Virus record (IMG/VR): IMGVR_UViG_3300011113_000415 | Source of the DNA: a virus | Taxonomy: Duplodnaviria; Caudoviricetes | DNA: 64,000 bases | Direction: 5' to 3' (one strand) | In this document: positions 38,766 to 48,096 of the stretch, piece after piece | Position numbering within the stretch: position 1 is the stretch's first letter | Layout: every line of letters starts with the position of its first letter | The notes under the pieces: generated by a model | Seen by the model: only the letters and a program-made list of their open reading frames with translations | Databases searched by the model: none | Told to the model about the DNA's origin: nothing | Translations under genes and position numbers: made by a program

Positions 38766-40687
38766 AATTGTTTGAAGGTGGTAATGTATTCAAAGATGCT
38801 GATGGCCGTCCACTTACTCAACGCATCAACCAAACTGATGTGCCCAGCACCGTAACCTGGCTAGAACAACTCACAGGACTAGAATTTCCGCGTGAGCGTT
38901 GGTTAGGTTCCACCGGCAAAGCCGCCACGTCTGGTGACCTGGACCTAGCAGTTGATGCCAGCAAAATTTCCAAAGATGAACTGGCCGCACGACTAGAAGC
39001 CTGGGCCAGAAGTCATGGTCAAGATCCCAAGACCTGGGTCAAGAAGTCGGGGGAAGTACACTTGCGTACTCCCATAACAGGAAGACCCGATCTTGGATAC
39101 GTACAAACAGACTTTATGTTCTTCCCCAATCTTGACTGGGGCACATTCTTCTACAATCAAGTCACACCGTCCTCCTACAAAGGCATGGTCCGTGCTGTGC
39201 TCATGAGTTCGATTGCCAAGCAACTGGGACTCCGAATAGGCGCCAATGGCATGTTCAGCCGTGCCACAAATGAACTGGTGAGTCAAGATCCAGACTACGT
39301 GGCCAGGGCCATACTAGGACCCAAGGCCACTAGAGGTGACTTGGGCAACGTAGAGAGTATCTACGCCTTTTTGGCACGTGATAAAGACCGTGACAGCAAG
39401 TTAGCAGACTTCCGTGAGTACTTGACTCGGGAAGGTCTCAAAGAACCCACACAATTAGAAGAAAGCGGTGATGTTTACTTCCTGGCACGATTGCGTGATC
39501 GTATTGTAAATCAAGGCATGTATGCTCTAGTAGAGGCTGCCAAACCTGCACCTGCTGCCGCACCAGTAGGCGGCCGGGCCAAGGGCATTGAGCACCTGGA
39601 AGATTATGTGTTTAGAAATGGCACAGCCGGCGTCAAAACAGCCCTGGCTATCGTGGATGCATTCAAAGAAAACAGCAAAGTGGCATCGGTGAAATGGGAT
39701 GGCAAACCTGCTGTGGTATTTGGTCGCAAACCTGACACAGGCGAATTTGTTTTAACAGACGGATCAGGATTTGAAGCAGTGGGCTATGACGGTTTGTTTA
39801 CCAGTCCCCAAGCCATTGCAGACAACATGGCACAGCGTGATGCCAATGCGGCTGCCAAAGGAAATGTGGCCAATCGAGTGGAACAACTGTTACCTGTGTA
39901 TCAAGCCATATGGCCATACTTAGAGGCTGCCACTCCCAAAAACTTTAGGGGTTATGTCAAGGGTGATTTGTTGTACATCACAACACCGCCTGTGGTAGCA
40001 GGCAATTTGGAGTTTAAACCCAACACTGTAGAATATCGTATTCCTGTTAAAAGTCGACTAGGCACAGCCATTGCCAACAGCAAAATTGGCGTGGCAGTAC
40101 ATACCATGTATGAAGATGCAGGCGGCGCCAAACAACCATTGGCCAGAGTCAAATTCAACCCTGTGCCTGGCCTATTGTTGATTGAACCCATCTATGCTCA
40201 GCCAGTAGAACTTGAAAATCAGTACGTTAAAAAAATCAAGAGCCTGTTGCGAACCATGGGTCCTGCCATTGACACACTTTTCAATCCTGCAGAACTACGA
40301 GCCATGAAAATCACAGACCTGGCAAAATTGTGTGTTGATTATATCAACCGGCGTATCAATCCCAACTATCCTGCCTACACAGGCGATTTTAGTGATCTAG
40401 TGCCAGGTTTTATGGATTATTTGAAGGCCACACAAACTCCACAAAAGTTTCGCAACATTACTGAATATCTGCGTAGTCCCAGTTCCAACGAAGGCGCATT
40501 AGCCGCTGCCTTTGTGTTGTTTGAATTGCTACATGATTTGAAACTGGATTTGTTGGGCAAACTAGACACCCAAGTGCCCGGCAACGAGGGCTGGGTGTTT
40601 GCAACCCCTGCAGGCTATGGCAAAGCAGTGAGTCGTTTTGATTTTACTGCTAGAAATATCCAGCGAAACAACCCACCAAAAGCCTAA
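38762..40687 (+). CDS. Fusion of Pol-beta-type nucleotidyltransferase and ligase-like (DUF6267-like) domains
   Basis: GSTGK..SGDLDLAVD and QTDF in the N-half; HLED, SVKWDGKPAVVFG and KGD in the C-half; joined by an LEES linker. Confidence 0.6.
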   Translation: MKLFEGGNVFKDADGRPLTQRINQTDVPSTVTWLEQLTGLEFPRERWLGSTGKAATSGDLDLAVDASKISKDELAARLEAWARSHGQDPKTWVKKSGEVHLRTPITGRPDLGYVQTDFMFFPNLDWGTFFYNQVTPSSYKGMVRAVLMSSIAKQLGLRIGANGMFSRATNELVSQDPDYVARAILGPKATRGDLGNVESIYAFLARDKDRDSKLADFREYLTREGLKEPTQLEESGDVYFLARLRDRIVNQGMYALVEAAKPAPAAAPVGGRAKGIEHLEDYVFRNGTAGVKTALAIVDAFKENSKVASVKWDGKPAVVFGRKPDTGEFVLTDGSGFEAVGYDGLFTSPQAIADNMAQRDANAAAKGNVANRVEQLLPVYQAIWPYLEAATPKNFRGYVKGDLLYITTPPVVAGNLEFKPNTVEYRIPVKSRLGTAIANSKIGVAVHTMYEDAGGAKQPLARVKFNPVPGLLLIEPIYAQPVELENQYVKKIKSLLRTMGPAIDTLFNPAELRAMKITDLAKLCVDYINRRINPNYPAYTGDFSDLVPGFMDYLKATQTPQKFRNITEYLRSPSSNEGALAAAFVLFELLHDLKLDLLGKLDTQVPGNEGWVFATPAGYGKAVSRFDFTARNIQRNNPPKA

Positions 40688-40749
40688 AATTTTGCTGATT
40701 CGATAAATAAGTGTAGGGCGAAAAGCCTACTTATTAAGGAGATTTTAAA

Positions 40750-41181
40750 ATGGCAGGATTTACAAAAACCAACGGTACCACCCAACCAGTATTCCACATG
40801 GACACTGGCAATGGCAACATTGGCGGTACAGCAAACATCGCGGCAACAGGTAGTGTTAACTTCCAAGGTCCAAAACTAGACTTTTTCTCAGTTGTGGCCA
40901 ATGGTTCTTTGACAACATCTGGCAACGTTAACGGTTACATCAACAATTTGTTGCAAGCAATTCAACAAACTGCAACAGTTGCTATGTATCAAGTTAGCCC
41001 AGCAGCCCCAACAATCTTGAACTTGGCTGTATACCCAACAGGCGCATACACAGCCACAACATTGTTGGCCACTGCTAACACAAGTTCTACAGTTGCTTCT
41101 GGTGGTCAAAACCTACAGTTGAACTCATGTGCAGGTAACGCTGTGTTCACTACAAGCGCAACAAATTTTGCTCCGGTCTAA
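40750..41181 (+). CDS. Small virion structural protein
   Basis: Late promoter 40704, leader hairpin, AAGGAG RBS, terminator; Thr/Asn/Ala-rich. Confidence 0.6.
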   Translation: MAGFTKTNGTTQPVFHMDTGNGNIGGTANIAATGSVNFQGPKLDFFSVVANGSLTTSGNVNGYINNLLQAIQQTATVAMYQVSPAAPTILNLAVYPTGAYTATTLLATANTSSTVASGGQNLQLNSCAGNAVFTTSATNFAPV

Positions 41182-41205
41182 TCAGTCTTAGATTGTGGTA
41201 TGTTG

Positions 41206-41236
41206 ACCCTGGACGTAAAAAATCCAGGGTTTTTTG
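41206..41236 (+). terminator. Rho-independent terminator
   Basis: ACCCTGGA-loop-TCCAGGGT followed by a T run. Confidence 0.75.
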
Positions 41237-41254
41237 TTGGCTGTAAATACAGCC

Positions 41255-41668
41255 ATGACTACTAGGATTCGTGTGACCACCCACTTTGATTGTACAGTCA
41301 CAGGAGTTACTGGACATTTTAGAGCCACGGCCTTGCCATTTGAAGATCGCGAAGGTCAACCTATTCAAGATCACGCAGCCTGGAACCGATCTAGAAATCA
41401 ACAACGCAACTGGGAAACGCTGTTACAGATCATTGGCTTGTATACACAGGCTCAGGACATTTCACCTACCGCACGTACATCGCAAGGTTGGACATTTGAA
41501 TTCTCCACAGACTTTGATGATGTTTTTGCTGATCGTGGCGATCCATTGGGACTGCTGAAAAAAGCCTGCCACGGCGTTCCTATGTTTGCCGACCTTGACA
41601 ATGCTCCTACTACTGGTATGTTGGATCCTAACAGCAACATTGAGTTTGAGATAGTAGACCATAAATAG
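41255..41668 (+). CDS. Conserved hypothetical late protein
   Basis: TAAATA at 41244; DCTVTGVTGHF and QQRNWETL motifs. Confidence 0.6.
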   Translation: MTTRIRVTTHFDCTVTGVTGHFRATALPFEDREGQPIQDHAAWNRSRNQQRNWETLLQIIGLYTQAQDISPTARTSQGWTFEFSTDFDDVFADRGDPLGLLKKACHGVPMFADLDNAPTTGMLDPNSNIEFEIVDHK

Positions 41669-41683
41669 TGCATTGGAGCAATC

Positions 41684-41947
41684 ATGGCCGACACCACCGA
41701 TATCGAAAAGAAAAGTCTAGAAGCACATGTGGAACTGTGTGCTGAACGTTATCGCGCCTTGGAGGCCCGAATAGATGACGTCAAACAGGACACAGCAGAA
41801 CTCAAAACAAGTATCCATGATGTGCATCGAGCAGTGGTACAAATGTCAAACAATCGTAACGCACAATTGATTGGTTGGGGCATAGGACTTATTGGATTTT
41901 TAACAGCCGCCCTGGGCTACATGGTCAGTCACTTTGTTCTAAAATGA
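41684..41947 (+). CDS. Coiled-coil protein with a C-terminal TM helix
   Basis: HVELCAERY, heptads, hydrophobic tail; TAAATA at 41662. Confidence 0.6.
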   Translation: MADTTDIEKKSLEAHVELCAERYRALEARIDDVKQDTAELKTSIHDVHRAVVQMSNNRNAQLIGWGIGLIGFLTAALGYMVSHFVLK

Positions 41948-42435
41948 AACCCAGTCAAAAACTTGCGGCACTTGCCGAGCAAGAATTACCCAAATTATTG
42001 AATCATGTGATTGTGGCCGATGGTGACAAATATAGGGTGTTTGGATCATATGTATTACGTCAAACACCACGCGGTTACACAGTGACCTATCAAGATCAGC
42101 CAGTGGGCACATTTACCAGCACCAGAAGTGCCATGGCTTGGTGTGTAGCCGATCGAAATCGTCAGTACAATCTAGCACAAGAAATACAACACCTAGATTT
42201 TGCCCTGCTGAGACTACGCAATGATATAGAAATTCGTGGTCAACAGGCTCAAAAAGCCAGCGGAACATTTTGGGAAACAGTCACAGCCAAAACCCAACAC
42301 AAACAAGCACACAGTCAGCACCTACAAAATGAATTGACAAAATGCGTAAATCGGGCTAAATACCTACAACTTCGAGGAAGCAACAATGAAACTGCAAGAA
42401 CTGGCCGTAACACGCCCCACAAAACAAGTCGCTAA
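41944..42435 (+). CDS. Hypothetical protein
   Basis: ATG overlaps the previous stop; coiled-coil C-terminus. Confidence 0.55.
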   Translation: MKPSQKLAALAEQELPKLLNHVIVADGDKYRVFGSYVLRQTPRGYTVTYQDQPVGTFTSTRSAMAWCVADRNRQYNLAQEIQHLDFALLRLRNDIEIRGQQAQKASGTFWETVTAKTQHKQAHSQHLQNELTKCVNRAKYLQLRGSNNETARTGRNTPHKTSR

Positions 42436-43273
42436 AGTATTTGAAAGTCATTTTGACCAACGTGTGTCTTTTGACTCCATGAATCCCCGCCAAGTGCGTC
42501 ACATGCTACAACGTGTGCGTGGCCTAGTCAATGAGCATAGATCCAGTGCCGACTTCCACCACAGCGAAAAAAATCCTGCCTATCTCAAACTGATCATGAT
42601 GGAGCAGGCATTAGCACAGCAGTTGCGTGAGTATGGTGCTTCAGCCGCCGATGCAGATCCTGCCAAAACTGCTGCCTTGGCCACTGCTCAACAGCAACAG
42701 AAAAAGAAACAAATTCAAGACGAAATCAAACAAAAGCAAAAAGAAATACAAGACTTGCAAAAAGCCATGATGAATCCTACCTTGGGTATGACTGAAAACA
42801 ACACTGGCAACTTCTTGAAAGAATCAGAAATACAACAAGCACAAGTGGTATTGGCCGCTCAAGACATGGTAGACCGTGTGCAGAAAATGTTAGAAGACAC
42901 AACAGAAATGCAATTCAAAGAATTGCCTGCCTTGATTGATTCAATCAAGAATGAAGTTGGTGCTGATCAAGCCGCACAGTTCAATGCCGACGCTGCCGCT
43001 GCCTTGTCAGGCTTGGTGCAAAACTTACAGGCCAGCAAAGGTCAACTGGAGGCCGCACTGGGTGTGGTAACAGGTCAAGGTGGTGCTCCTGTGGTTCCTG
43101 GTGCCGAAGCCGGAGCCGACATTGGTGCCGAAATGGGTGCTGACCTAGGTGCAGACCTAGGAGCCGACATGGGTGCTGGTGCAGAACTTGATGCCGCGGC
43201 TGCCGCCGCCGGTGCCGAACCAGAACCCGAGCCTGCCACACCAGCAGCCAGTTTGGGTCGCGGACGTAGATAA
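42386..43273 (+). CDS. Probable prohead scaffold / internal head protein
   Basis: MKLQE leader, coiled coils, FLKES site, GAxxG pentapeptide repeats; TAAATA at 42357. Confidence 0.55.
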   Translation: MKLQELAVTRPTKQVAKVFESHFDQRVSFDSMNPRQVRHMLQRVRGLVNEHRSSADFHHSEKNPAYLKLIMMEQALAQQLREYGASAADADPAKTAALATAQQQQKKKQIQDEIKQKQKEIQDLQKAMMNPTLGMTENNTGNFLKESEIQQAQVVLAAQDMVDRVQKMLEDTTEMQFKELPALIDSIKNEVGADQAAQFNADAAAALSGLVQNLQASKGQLEAALGVVTGQGGAPVVPGAEAGADIGAEMGADLGADLGADMGAGAELDAAAAAAGAEPEPEPATPAASLGRGRR

Positions 43274-43611
43274 TGCGCATTGACGAAGTTGGTCATGGTC
43301 ACGATCATGGCACAGCCGCAAAACTCCTGGCCTTGGCCGAATTCTTGTTGGGACGGGCCCGAGACACAGGTGGTCAAAAACAAATCAGCATGCAGAGTTT
43401 TTTAAACCTGGCCAAAGGCATGCAGATTGATCTCACGCCAGACACACTGCAAACCTTGGCCGGTCAACCTCCACTAGATGGTGTGTTTCTGCCTATTGAA
43501 CCCAATTCGGGTGTGATCAAATTCAAAGGCAACAGTTCAGAGCCGGTGGCCATGCCGGTAAACAAAGCACAAGACATTGTGGCTGCCGCGGCCAAACGGG
43601 CAATGAAATAA
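43273..43611 (+). CDS. Hypothetical late protein
   Basis: MRIDE leader; coupled to the upstream gene. Confidence 0.55.
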   Translation: MRIDEVGHGHDHGTAAKLLALAEFLLGRARDTGGQKQISMQSFLNLAKGMQIDLTPDTLQTLAGQPPLDGVFLPIEPNSGVIKFKGNSSEPVAMPVNKAQDIVAAAAKRAMK

Positions 43612-43631
43612 CCAAATCAGTCAACCAAAGA

Positions 43632-43660
43632 TTGACACAAAACGTTAAATATAGTATACT
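43632..43660 (+). promoter_or_regulatory. sigma70-type promoter with nested late promoter
   Basis: TTGACA-17 nt-TATACT with TAAATA (43646-43651) in the spacer. Confidence 0.65.
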
Positions 43661-43678
43661 GTCTACAAGGAGAGTACT

Positions 43679-43987
43679 ATGAAAAGACTCATCGCTCTAG
43701 TTCTAATGGCATTCAGTGTGTCAGCAATGGCACAATATCCACATCACAATCATCGCTATGGTGGTTACAACAGTTGGGGCTGGGTGGCGCCTGCTGTGAT
43801 CAGTGGTGCTGTGGTTTATGCCGCAACACGCCCTCAGGTGGTGGTTCAACAACCTCCTGTGATAGTACAACAGCCTCCTGTGGTGATGCAACAGCCCACA
43901 GACATTGTGTATCTTGATGGCATTGCTTATCGCCGACAGTTGATGTTGGTGAATGGTGCCTATCAAGAAGTTTTGATAAGAATGTAA
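43679..43987 (+). CDS. Secreted Pro/Val/Gln-repeat (PxPV-like) protein
   Basis: Sec signal peptide (MKRLIALVLMAFSVSAMA) and VVQQPP repeats. Confidence 0.6.
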   Translation: MKRLIALVLMAFSVSAMAQYPHHNHRYGGYNSWGWVAPAVISGAVVYAATRPQVVVQQPPVIVQQPPVVMQQPTDIVYLDGIAYRRQLMLVNGAYQEVLIRM

Positions 43988-43988
43988 T

Positions 43989-44375
43989 ATGGCCTACTCA
44001 GACAAAGTTATAGATCATTATGAAAATCCCCGAAATGTGGGCAGTTTTGCTACTACTGACGATACCGTTGGCACTGGAATGGTCGGGGCACCTGCTTGCG
44101 GGGATGTGATGCGATTGCAGATCAAAGTTGAAGATGGGATCATAACAGATGCAAGATTCAAAACATACGGTTGTGGGTCGGCCATTGCCAGCAGTAGCCT
44201 CGTTACAGAATGGGTCAAAGGTCGAACTCTTGAGGAAGCAGGATCCATACGCAATAGCGAGATTGCTGAAGAACTTGCTCTCCCCCCAGTCAAAATCCAC
44301 TGCTCCATCCTGGCCGAGGATGCCATAAAAGCCGCTGTAGCAGATTATCGCAAGAAGCATGATCTCGCTCACTGA
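43989..44375 (+). CDS. iscU: Fe-S cluster scaffold IscU
   Basis: YSDKVIDHYENPRNVG, GAPACGD, FKTYGCGSAIASSS, LPPVKIHCS. Confidence 0.95.
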   Translation: MAYSDKVIDHYENPRNVGSFATTDDTVGTGMVGAPACGDVMRLQIKVEDGIITDARFKTYGCGSAIASSSLVTEWVKGRTLEEAGSIRNSEIAEELALPPVKIHCSILAEDAIKAAVADYRKKHDLAH

Positions 44376-44682
44376 CACAGCAAGAAACAAAATACAACGA
44401 TTAGTCACAGCCAAAGGCTACGCTGGCATCCGCCTTGGCGTCAAAACTACTGGTTGCTCTGGGCTTGCTTATGTGTTAGAATATGTTAAAGAATACACTG
44501 ACGAACCCTACACAATAAATTACGCACAACCAGGCTTTGTAGTGTTAGTGAACCAAAAAGATGATGTATATCTACGTGGAATGACCGTAGACTATGTGCG
44601 TCAAGGCCTTAACGAGGGATTTGAATTCTCAAATCCCAATGAACGTGACCGTTGCGGTTGCGGAGAAAGTTTTCGAGTGTAA
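44359..44682 (+). CDS. iscA: Fe-S carrier IscA/HesB
   Basis: RLGVKTTGCSGLAY, FSNPN, CGCGESF. Confidence 0.93.
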   Translation: MISLTDTARNKIQRLVTAKGYAGIRLGVKTTGCSGLAYVLEYVKEYTDEPYTINYAQPGFVVLVNQKDDVYLRGMTVDYVRQGLNEGFEFSNPNERDRCGCGESFRV

Positions 44683-46343
44683 TGAAAATAAAATTTTGTT
44701 CCTTGGGTCCTGGACCAAAAACACGTTCTAAAGATAACTTTGCCTCGGTAGCAATTAACCCATCATTTTTTTTCTTTAAAAAGTACTACGAACTGCATGG
44801 TCTAAATCCCAAGGTTGATTGGTTATATCCTGAATTGGTAAAACTTGAACCGGCCCAAGATATTATCCAAAGAATTATTAATGAAAAACCAAATCTGTTG
44901 GGGTTGGGAGTTTATGTTTGGAACAATGATCTACAGTTTTTGATTGCTCAATCAGTGAAAAAACACTTGCCCAACACAATTATAGTGCTAGGGGGTCCTG
45001 ATTTGTCTGTGCATAAAGAGTTAGAACAGGACAATGATTTTTTCAATCAGCATCCATATGTGGACTATGTGGTATATGGTGATGGCGAAAAAGCATTTCA
45101 ACAGATCATTGATTATCATTCAGGCTACATGCCCGATAAACAGACGTTGATAAACACTATTGAAAATTTCAATGGCCACAAAATAGTCTATCCTTATGAA
45201 ATACTCGACGACAAATTGTATTTGAGTCAAAGTCCATTTGTAAGCAATGAGTCATTGATAACGCAAATTAGAGATGATCTAGTCCAGCAAGGCATATCCC
45301 GACGGGAACAAAAATGGTCGATTGAATTTGCTCGTGGTTGCATGTACAGTTGTAGTTTTTGTGATTGGTCTCAAAATCTTACCAAGAAAGTCAAACGAAG
45401 AAGTCATGACTGGAAAGAAGACATTGATTTATTCTGGCGATTAGATGTTCCTGTAAGAGAAACTGATGCCAATTTTGGACAATGGCCGGATGACATTAAG
45501 GCCTACGATTATGCCTGTTCACTGTATGATCCCAAACGGAATTTTTCTTTTGTTGTGGGTAACACTCCAAAACTCAAAAAGCACATTACAGAATATATAA
45601 TATACAAAAATTGCATGGTATATCATAATACAGGACACAGGCCAGCAATAAGTTTTCAGGATACCAATGATGACGTATTATCAGCCGTTGATCGTCCTAG
45701 TGTTTCCTGGGCTGAGATTGTCAAAATGATCAATAATCTCAAAGCAAAATTGAGCCCCGAAGTTTTTGGGTCAATAGAAGCAGAGATGATTCTGGGATTG
45801 CCGGAACAGACCATTGACAAAATAATTCACTCCTGCGTGACATTGTTTGACCTGGGTATCACAAAATATAGATATGATAACTGGTATATGTTGAGCAATA
45901 GTCCAGGTGCTGATCCTACCTATCAAAAAATGTGGGGATTGCAAATACACAATGTATATCAACTGCAAACACCCAAAGCATCAATACTAGACTTAGAATC
46001 GACTTATCAAAATCTAGCACTCAACCAAAGACAGGATAACACCCAGTTGTATGACATGTTTCACAAGGTATCTTTTGTTACAGGTCATAAAAAAATGTCA
46101 CTTATTGAACTTTTAACTGCAAAAATTATGCTGAGAAAATGGAACGAACTCAACCAAATTAAAAATACAGTAGAAAAATACGATTCAACACAGATTAAAA
46201 AAATCTTCAGACGATTGTTGATAGAGGCCATGATAGAATCCAAAAAACAATACAAAATTCATCAACAATATATTGACAAGTACAATATTATAGTTTGGGG
46301 ACACTACGACATCAATCAGAAAATACTTTATGAAGATTTTTGA
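44682..46343 (+). CDS. Cobalamin-binding (class B-type) radical SAM protein
   Basis: LGLGVYVWN..IVLGGP B12-domain features, GDGE, RGCMYSCSFC, DANFG, ILGLP. AT-rich; coupled to iscA (TAATG). Confidence 0.8.
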   Translation: MKIKFCSLGPGPKTRSKDNFASVAINPSFFFFKKYYELHGLNPKVDWLYPELVKLEPAQDIIQRIINEKPNLLGLGVYVWNNDLQFLIAQSVKKHLPNTIIVLGGPDLSVHKELEQDNDFFNQHPYVDYVVYGDGEKAFQQIIDYHSGYMPDKQTLINTIENFNGHKIVYPYEILDDKLYLSQSPFVSNESLITQIRDDLVQQGISRREQKWSIEFARGCMYSCSFCDWSQNLTKKVKRRSHDWKEDIDLFWRLDVPVRETDANFGQWPDDIKAYDYACSLYDPKRNFSFVVGNTPKLKKHITEYIIYKNCMVYHNTGHRPAISFQDTNDDVLSAVDRPSVSWAEIVKMINNLKAKLSPEVFGSIEAEMILGLPEQTIDKIIHSCVTLFDLGITKYRYDNWYMLSNSPGADPTYQKMWGLQIHNVYQLQTPKASILDLESTYQNLALNQRQDNTQLYDMFHKVSFVTGHKKMSLIELLTAKIMLRKWNELNQIKNTVEKYDSTQIKKIFRRLLIEAMIESKKQYKIHQQYIDKYNIIVWGHYDINQKILYEDF

Positions 46344-47089
46344 TTGCAATTCATCTTTTCAGAAAGTTACATTTGTACAATCCACGATTTAATTATCAAC
46401 CCATACCCAGGGTCACAATAGAGGGTCGGCGTTACTACGCCACCCCAGATGGCAACAACTTGCCGTCAGTGACCACAATCCTTGATCGAACCAAGCCTCC
46501 AGAAAAAGTTGAGGCATTGAATCAATGGCGTCGGCGTGTGGGCACAGAACGAGCACAACAAATCACCACAGAAGCCGCCAATCGTGGCACAAGAATGCAC
46601 ACATATCTTGAACACTATGTGCGAACAGGTGAAATCAAAGAGCGTGGATCAAACCCATTCTCATGGCCCAGTCACGCCATGGCTCAAACGGTAATTGAAC
46701 AAGGCCTCAAAAACGTTAGTGAATTCTGGGGCATTGAAGTTCCCTTGTATTTCCCTGCCATTTATGCAGGAACCACAGACGGTGCGGGCATACATTTGAA
46801 TGAAGAAGCCATCCTGGACTACAAGCAAACCAATCGCCCCAAGCGGCGCGAGTGGATTGACGATTATTTTGTACAGTTGTGTGCTTACGCAGAAGCACAC
46901 AATGAACTGCATGGTACCCGGATTCGAAAAGGTGTGGTTTTGATGTGCGTAAAGCCGGACCTAGATGAGCAATACAATATCATAGGACAGACACAGTACC
47001 AGGAATTTGTGCTGGAAGGCGCAGAATTCGACCGATATCGTGACTTGTGGTGGCGAAAGGTCGAGCAGTACTACATGCTAAATACATGA
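46340..47089 (+). CDS. PD-(D/E)XK (RecB/Cas4-like) exonuclease
   Basis: PSVTTIL, GT.MH, YAGTTD, LDYKQ, QLCAY. True start may be TTG at 46373. Confidence 0.8.
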   Translation: MIAIHLFRKLHLYNPRFNYQPIPRVTIEGRRYYATPDGNNLPSVTTILDRTKPPEKVEALNQWRRRVGTERAQQITTEAANRGTRMHTYLEHYVRTGEIKERGSNPFSWPSHAMAQTVIEQGLKNVSEFWGIEVPLYFPAIYAGTTDGAGIHLNEEAILDYKQTNRPKRREWIDDYFVQLCAYAEAHNELHGTRIRKGVVLMCVKPDLDEQYNIIGQTQYQEFVLEGAEFDRYRDLWWRKVEQYYMLNT

Positions 47090-47108
47090 TAGCAAGAGGA
47101 CGACCACC

Positions 47109-47669
47109 GTGGCAATTGTACAAGTATCCCGAATCACAAACCGTAAAGGTCTAGCAGAAAATGTGCCGCAATTGGCCGGCGCAGAACTTGGCTGGGCAAT
47201 TGATGAACGTAGACTGTTTATCGGCAATGGCACCCTGCAAGAAGGTGCTCCAGTAATCGGCAACACAGAAGTACTCACAGAGTATTCAGATGTGTTCTCG
47301 GGTCGCACACAATTCTCATTTGGTGACTACATTGTAAATGCAGGAACCACTGCCACCTTGGACAACAATGCCACCACTCAAACAGTGTTTACCATTGACG
47401 CCAACACAATCCCAGCATTTGAAGTAAAATACATGATACGCCGTGGTGTGTACACTAGAACTGGCACTTACATTGTGGTAGGCAGTACAGACGGTACAGG
47501 TGGAACATTGACAACTTCTGATGCCAATGCAGTACAAAACGGATCAACCGGGGTCACCTTCACAGTGACTGAAAGCGCCAGCACAATCACATTTGCTTAC
47601 TCCAGCACCAATACTGGTATCACTGGAACTCTTTATTACTCCATCAGTTACTTTTTACCTACAGTTTGA
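47109..47669 (+). CDS. Virion structural protein (tail/neck fibre-type N-terminus)
   Basis: LAGAELGWAIDERRLFIGNG motif; beta-rich; TAAATA at 47079. Confidence 0.6.
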   Translation: MAIVQVSRITNRKGLAENVPQLAGAELGWAIDERRLFIGNGTLQEGAPVIGNTEVLTEYSDVFSGRTQFSFGDYIVNAGTTATLDNNATTQTVFTIDANTIPAFEVKYMIRRGVYTRTGTYIVVGSTDGTGGTLTTSDANAVQNGSTGVTFTVTESASTITFAYSSTNTGITGTLYYSISYFLPTV

Positions 47670-48094
47670 TGTGGCCTGCTACCTTTGAACAACGCCTGCA
47701 TGCGTGGGGTGTTCTTCGTGAAAGTGTTCAACACGCACCTCTTGAACAAGTCCTTGCTGAAGTCAACACCTGGTGGTTTCAAACTCCTTGGCGAGTGTAT
47801 CATTTGCACTGGGATGATCGGACAAAATGGCCTGATCCCTGGGAACTTTTGAGCGACAATATCTATTGCGATCTTGCTCGCGGGCTAGGAATCCTGTATA
47901 CTATAACTTTGCTGGATCGTGCGGATCTGCAAGATTCGGCACTGGTGGAATCAGATCAGGGCAATTTAGTCCTGGTCGAACAAGGGAAATATATATTGAA
48001 TTGGGACTCGCAACAAGTGTTAAATATCAATCCAGGGCAGATCAAAGCCCAGCACAGCGTGACGCAACAACAAATAAAACAACAACTCGGGTAA
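47666..48094 (+). CDS. Conserved hypothetical protein, weakly transglutaminase-like
   Basis: WPDPWELL..N.YCD motif. Confidence 0.5.
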   Translation: MMWPATFEQRLHAWGVLRESVQHAPLEQVLAEVNTWWFQTPWRVYHLHWDDRTKWPDPWELLSDNIYCDLARGLGILYTITLLDRADLQDSALVESDQGNLVLVEQGKYILNWDSQQVLNINPGQIKAQHSVTQQQIKQQLG

Positions 48095-48096
48095 CA

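Noticed and set aside
42981-43383. Antisense Arg/His- and Ala/Pro-rich ORFs
   Set aside because: Shadows of the GAxxG repeat region of the plus-strand head protein; no RBS or promoter.
46340-47089. Cas4-like nuclease as a sign of a CRISPR system
   Set aside because: No Fe-S Cys cluster, cas1/cas2 or array; it matches the ordinary phage PD-(D/E)XK exonuclease.
47866-48096. N-terminal extension of NrdA in the 849-aa ORF call
   Set aside because: It overlaps the 47666 gene. The ATP-cone begins at the ATG at 48097, giving a normal 772-aa NrdA with no intein or intron visible.
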